DNA of 63,892 nucleotides, filler included, from Reclinomonas americana ATCC 50394 (Eukaryota): NCBI GenBank assembly GCA_048213135.1. It is 5 parts of 3 records of this genome, joined end to end, with 100 filler letters (N's around TTAATTAATTAA, not from the genome) between each part and the next. Parts side by side here need not be neighbours in the genome. Positions count along the whole stretch, not along the records: positions 59,262 to 62,461 come from PS015317.1; positions 62,562 to 63,892 come from PS015326.1; 3 more parts are not named here. One strand, 5' to 3'. Shown piece by piece: positions 59,417 to 63,892 of this stretch (position 1 is its first letter; each line of letters starts with the position of its first letter). The notes under the pieces were generated by a model. It saw only the letters and a program-made list of their open reading frames with translations, ran no database searches and was not told where the DNA came from. The position numbers and the translations under genes were made by a program.

Positions 59417-62354
59417 CTGCAACCCACTGCTGCTGAAACCCTTGCCAATGTACGCCACGCGGAAATACTCGGCGAAGCAGCGCTGCGTCGACAAGATCTT
59501 GCGGAAGAACGTCGCCTGCTGCTCCAGGTAACTTGCCAGTCGATTGTAGTGTGGTCTCACCTCCTGTTTTTCGCGGCCATCACGATGGATGAGCTTCTCT
59601 CCCGACAAAATGATGACCACGAAAGAACACAGACCTCATACAAGCGAATCATCTCCTTAGTCAACACCAGCGCCCTCTCGAAATCCTTGCCCTGATCAAA
59701 GCACCGAATCGACTCGCGATACAAGAATTCCTGTGTCCAGCCAAGACAATATCAGAAGCAGTGCGTGGTGAATGCACCTTTCCCGTTCAACAAACCTTGC
59801 GCTTCCACTCGCTCTCCGCCTCGAAATCCTCCCACGCCTCCAGTCGCGAGTCCACGTCCCATTTCAGCATCTCCGCGTGCTTCAAATAGGTCAAGCCGGC
59901 CTCGACCCAGTTGCCCAGCGACTCGTGGTTCTTGGCCAAAATGCGCACGTACTTGAAGTACAGGTCTTTGCGATTGTTGTTGCGCAGATAGGCCTGTCGA
60001 TAAACGGCAGCGTCAGATCATTGTGGAGGCACGCGAACTCAACTTGACAACACAAACCATGCACTTCAGCGCCGCGTCAGTCTTCTCGTCCTCGTCGTTG
60101 CGGTCGTATTGTTGCACGAGAGTAATGAGCCGCATCAGCTGCGCACATGGATGAGTGCAACCGCGCGTGCAGGGGAACGGAGCAGCGGCGATCGGTCACC
60201 CACCTCAGTAATGTCGCGCACAAAGGCAATGCCCAGCGGCTTTAGCGCATCGTCGGTGGCGAACTTCTCCTCCAAACTGCAGGCAAGCGCGATACGTGAG
60301 ATTCTCGAGATAGCCGAAGTGGACCAAGGAAGCGCACACAGAAGGAGAGAGAGAGAAACAGAGGAACAAAGGGAGAGACAGAGAGTGATGTATCCAGAGT
60401 GAGCGAGAGAAGAAGAAGAAATACACAGACACAAACAGATAGATAGACAGCCAGCCAGCCAGATAGACAGACAGACAAACAGACAGACACACACATACAC
60501 ATACATACACATACATACACATAGAGAGACAGGAACAGAGAGAGACACACATACAGAGTGAGAGAGGCAGCGGCAGAGACCAAGACCGACACAGAGACAA
60601 AGACAGAGACAAACAGACACAGAGACAAGACAGAGCCACCGACAAATACAACGACAAAACAACGACAGAGAGAGAGAGAGACAAAGACAGACAGAGGCAA
60701 ATAGAACACACAGACACAGAGAAGACACAGAGAAGACAGACGATACAGACACGCAGATACATATACACACACACAGAAAAAGAGACGCATGGCCGATTCT
60801 TTTCCCATCCTTCCCTATTTCCATCACGCACCTTCTCGTAAACTTCCTCTTCAACTCCGTCGTCATCTCGCGCCTGGTGACATAATCGTCCAAAATGGCG
60901 GCCGTGCGACTCTCGACCTGCTTGAAGTGGCCGTGAATGCGGAACTCGCGTTGCAGGAGCTTGAAATACACCTCGACACCGATTTCGCTAATCTCCGCCT
61001 GCGGCACCTTGACGAGAGCCAGGAACTCATCGACAAATGCCGGCACGAAGTGAATTTGCTGCGTGTCCAGCCGACCCCACGCATTGCGCAGCATTTGTGC
61101 AATCTCCAAGCGCATGTCGTTGTATCTGGCGCACGCGAGAGAAAAGGTGAGTCGAAAACAACTGGCAACGCGGATTATTGTTGCTTGTGTACGAACCTTG
61201 ACAGCAGGCGACCACGCTTGTTCAGCGACAGAGTCTCCACTTGCAGCGATTCGACGTGAATGAAATCCACACAGAGTGCCACGTACGAGCGCCACAGCTC
61301 GTAGTCGAAGTCCTCGGCCGCCAGGAACATGTTGAGAAGGGGGTCGAACAGGCTGCCGACCGTCTGCGAGATGGAGAGGGAATTAGGGGAAGGGAGAGAG
61401 GGAGGGAGGGAGGGAGGAAAGGAGGGCGAGTGTCGAGGAGAAAAAACACAGAAATAGAATGTGTGAAAGCGTGTCACTAACCTTCAGCACAATCTTGTAC
61501 TGCAGCATCGACATGACAATCCAGTGCGACGGGAAAATCGGCTCGCACACNNNNNNNNNNNNNNNNNNNNNNNNNNNNNNNNNNNNNNNNNNNNNNNNNN
61601 NNNNNNNNNNNNNNNNNNNNNNNNNNNNNNNNNNNNNNNNNNNNNNNNNNNNNNNNNNNNNNNNNNNNNNNNNNNNNNNNNNNNNNNNNNNNNNNNNNNN
61701 NNNNNNNNNNNNNNNNNNNNNNNNNNNNNNNNNNNNNNNNNNNNNNNNNNNNNNNNNNNNNNNNNNNNNNNNNNNNNNNNNNNNNNNNNNNNNNNNNNNN
61801 NNNNNNNNNNNNNNNGATCTCGCCGCAAATGTCGAGCATCGATCGAACCACCAGCTGCAAAAGGACACATAAAGGACATGAACAAATGTCGATGGCCTCT
61901 ACTTTGACACACACAAACAAACCAGTGGCTCCGGTGTTCCGCGATGCAAGAAGCGCGCCAACACTTCTGGACGAGTGCGGTGCATAAAAGCGAGGAATGC
62001 CGTCGCAGCCTCCTTCCAGGCTGCACAGAAGGCAAGAGAAGGAAAAGAGAAAGTGAGCAATAACATGCTTCGCTTCCTCCACACAGTGATCGCCGCGTGC
62101 CGCAACTGCTGGCAATCTCCTCGTCGCGAATGTTGGAGGTGGAGGCCTCCAGGTATTCGCGGAACCTGACTGGCTGATAGTACGACTGGTTGTCAACTGA
62201 GCGGCAAAATAAAGTCAGTCGTCGTCGTCTGCCAGCACGCGACTCAAATAGCGCCACGTACCCGGCGCCTTGCCATCCGCCCGGTCCTGAGCAAAGGTGC
62301 CACTGCGCCGGTATGCCGAGTCGCGTGCATTGGGCGCCCGTGATGCTCGTCGCT
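59417..62354 (-). CDS. internal part of a DOCK-family Rho GEF (DOCK1-5-like ARM region and DHR2 lobe A)
   Basis: LQVETLSLNKR, YNDMRLEIAQMLRNAWGRL, FKQVESRTAAILD, KDLYFKYVRIL, FDQGKDFERAL, YNRLASYLEQQATFFRKIL..RCFAEYFRVAYIGKGF. Confidence 0.85.
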
Positions 62355-62461
62355 CTGCAACGCGATCGATGAGAATCGCGCATCAAAGAGAAGCAGCAGA
62401 ACACCACGCACACACACACACACGCACGCACTCAAACATACACACATGGAGAGGACAGGCG

Positions 62462-62561
62462 NNNNNNNNNNNNNNNNNNNNNNNNNNNNNNNNNNNNNNN
62501 NNNNNTTAATTAATTAANNNNNNNNNNNNNNNNNNNNNNNNNNNNNNNNNNNNNNNNNNNN
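62462..62561. other. artificial contig-join linker
   Basis: TTAATTAATTAA at 62506-62517 flanked by N-runs. Confidence 0.95.
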
Positions 62562-63892
62562 AGTGGTCCTTTCTTCACACACACACACACACTCTGTGCA
62601 CTCAACTCATGCCGTGCACGCAGCCTCCATCTTCCACTGTGCTCGACATTTTCGGAGAAAACGAAAGATACTTGACGCAGTGTCCTGTGCGTGTTTGTTG
62701 ATCGCCTTTTGTGGTGGTGAGCGCAGAGAGAACCAGTCTACAGACAGCACTCTCAAAGCTTTCACGTTGTTTGTCGCTCTCCGAGAGAATGCAGTTGACT
62801 TCGCAACAAGAACGTCGAGAGTGCATAAGAACAACAACAGCATCACTGCAAGAGAGGATGGCTTCATCGTCGGTCGATCATGATCGTTACTCATCGTATG
62901 GAGGGTATCACCGGTACCCACACTTCCCGCGCGCGTTAATTCCTTTTGGTCGACGTCCTTTTAAAAAAAATTGTTCATCAAAAGGTATCAGCAGCAGGTG
63001 GTGGTCGGCACGGGCGGAAGGGCGGGTGGTGAAGCATCTCTCCTGTGTTTCTCATGCGCCGTCGTGCGTCTCAGCAGCAACAGAGTCAGTGATGAACGTC
63101 GGTCCGCGTCCCATCTCATCATCAATCGTGATCCGAATAGAAGTGAGAGGAGTGAGAAGAGTGGCACAGAGAGAAGAGAGAAGAGAGAGAGAGAAAGCCT
63201 CCCGCAGATGGCCAGCACTAACGACAACAGCGGTGGTGGTGCGGACGAGCTCGAGGAAGAGAATCCAGATGCGTGCGCGTGTGTCACTGCCGCTGAGGTG
63301 GAGGATGACGACGATGAGTGTGGAATGGACGAAGACGTGGTAGAATGGCGCGAGCTGCCCCCCACACCTGCTGCGGGCATTCTTGTGTGCCACAGCAAAC
63401 AGAAGTGTGCATGTGACGACGTGGCACGGAGACACATGTGGAGAGAGGACGGTGGTACATGTGCACGTGAGGATGATGCGGAGGGTGGTGACGAGGATGA
63501 GGGGGACGATGGAGGGGTGCGGAGGATGGTGACGGCGACAGCACGGGGTTCAGACGACTCCATGGATGAGGATGCTGGTGGTACGTGACAGACAGTGTTT
63601 TCTCTCTTCTTGATCTCTTTCTGCCTTCTCAGATAAGACACACTTAAAACAGTGTTAGTTGTAGAAGAAGGAAAGCACACGAGACTTGTTGGTAGATGCT
63701 CATTGTTGTGTATGTCCAGCGAAGTTTCTATTTATTGAGAAAGCTGTTTCTTACCTTCTTCCTAGTATGCCGACGACGTGTCTTCTTCGTATATTCTTGG
63801 GGGGGTTCCTATGTTTGTGAGCGCTGCCGTGATTGTGGTTTGGCATAGAGAGTGAGTGAGCACAGTTATTGAGTTTCCTCTTGGTGTCGACG

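Noticed and set aside
62236..62243. GA|GTCGCGT as a possible +3C variant of the shifted donor in DOCK
   Set aside because: Phase does not fit the acceptor; G|GTACGT at 62261 does
259..62354. Alternative genetic code or stop-codon readthrough
   Set aside because: In-frame stops fall inside short GT-AG introns, and TAA, TAG and TGA all terminate conserved genes
22387..62517. Four identical TTAATTAATTAA palindromes
   Set aside because: Each sits between fixed N-runs and has stops in all frames: artificial contig linkers, so gene order across them is not meaningful
62971..63680. Acidic plus-strand and Ser-rich minus-strand ORFs on the last contig
   Set aside because: Low complexity, both strands open, no domain or clear splice structure; cannot be called

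Overview
Eukaryotic, intron-rich, GC-rich-coding, microsatellite-laden genomic DNA, most likely a flagellated protist. The window is five contigs joined by N-TTAATTAATTAA-N linkers (22387, 38169, 59206, 62506), with many N gaps at simple repeats. The ORF track is misleading because genes are spliced, so I rebuilt about 22 gene models by hand (GT-AG introns, mostly 55-90 nt, plus some long SSR-filled ones). They include a cyclin-D1-binding/DUF3506-type gene, a BTB-pentapeptide protein, a TPR protein, a degenerate kinesin-MORN fusion, NEIL1, an intronless cupin/PMVK/deoxynucleoside-kinase locus, ARM and ARM-MATH genes, a vWA protein, an intronless WD40 tandem array, a secreted cyanophycinase, thioredoxin, TECR, two tandem E2 enzymes and a DOCK GEF. 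Two observations stand out. (1) About a quarter of the modelled introns (27 of roughly 110, hand count) use a second, register-shifted 5' splice-site class, H|GTT[GTA][CA]G, i.e. the normal donor with one extra T and G at +6 instead of +5. (2) The gene at 16572-22275 appears to fuse a p53/NDT80/CudA-like DNA-binding region, a phage-tailspike Peptidase_G2-type autocleaving chaperone domain and a STAND/NB-ARC NTPase, suggesting a self-cleaving NLR-transcription factor. All domain calls come from motif recognition, not database searches.
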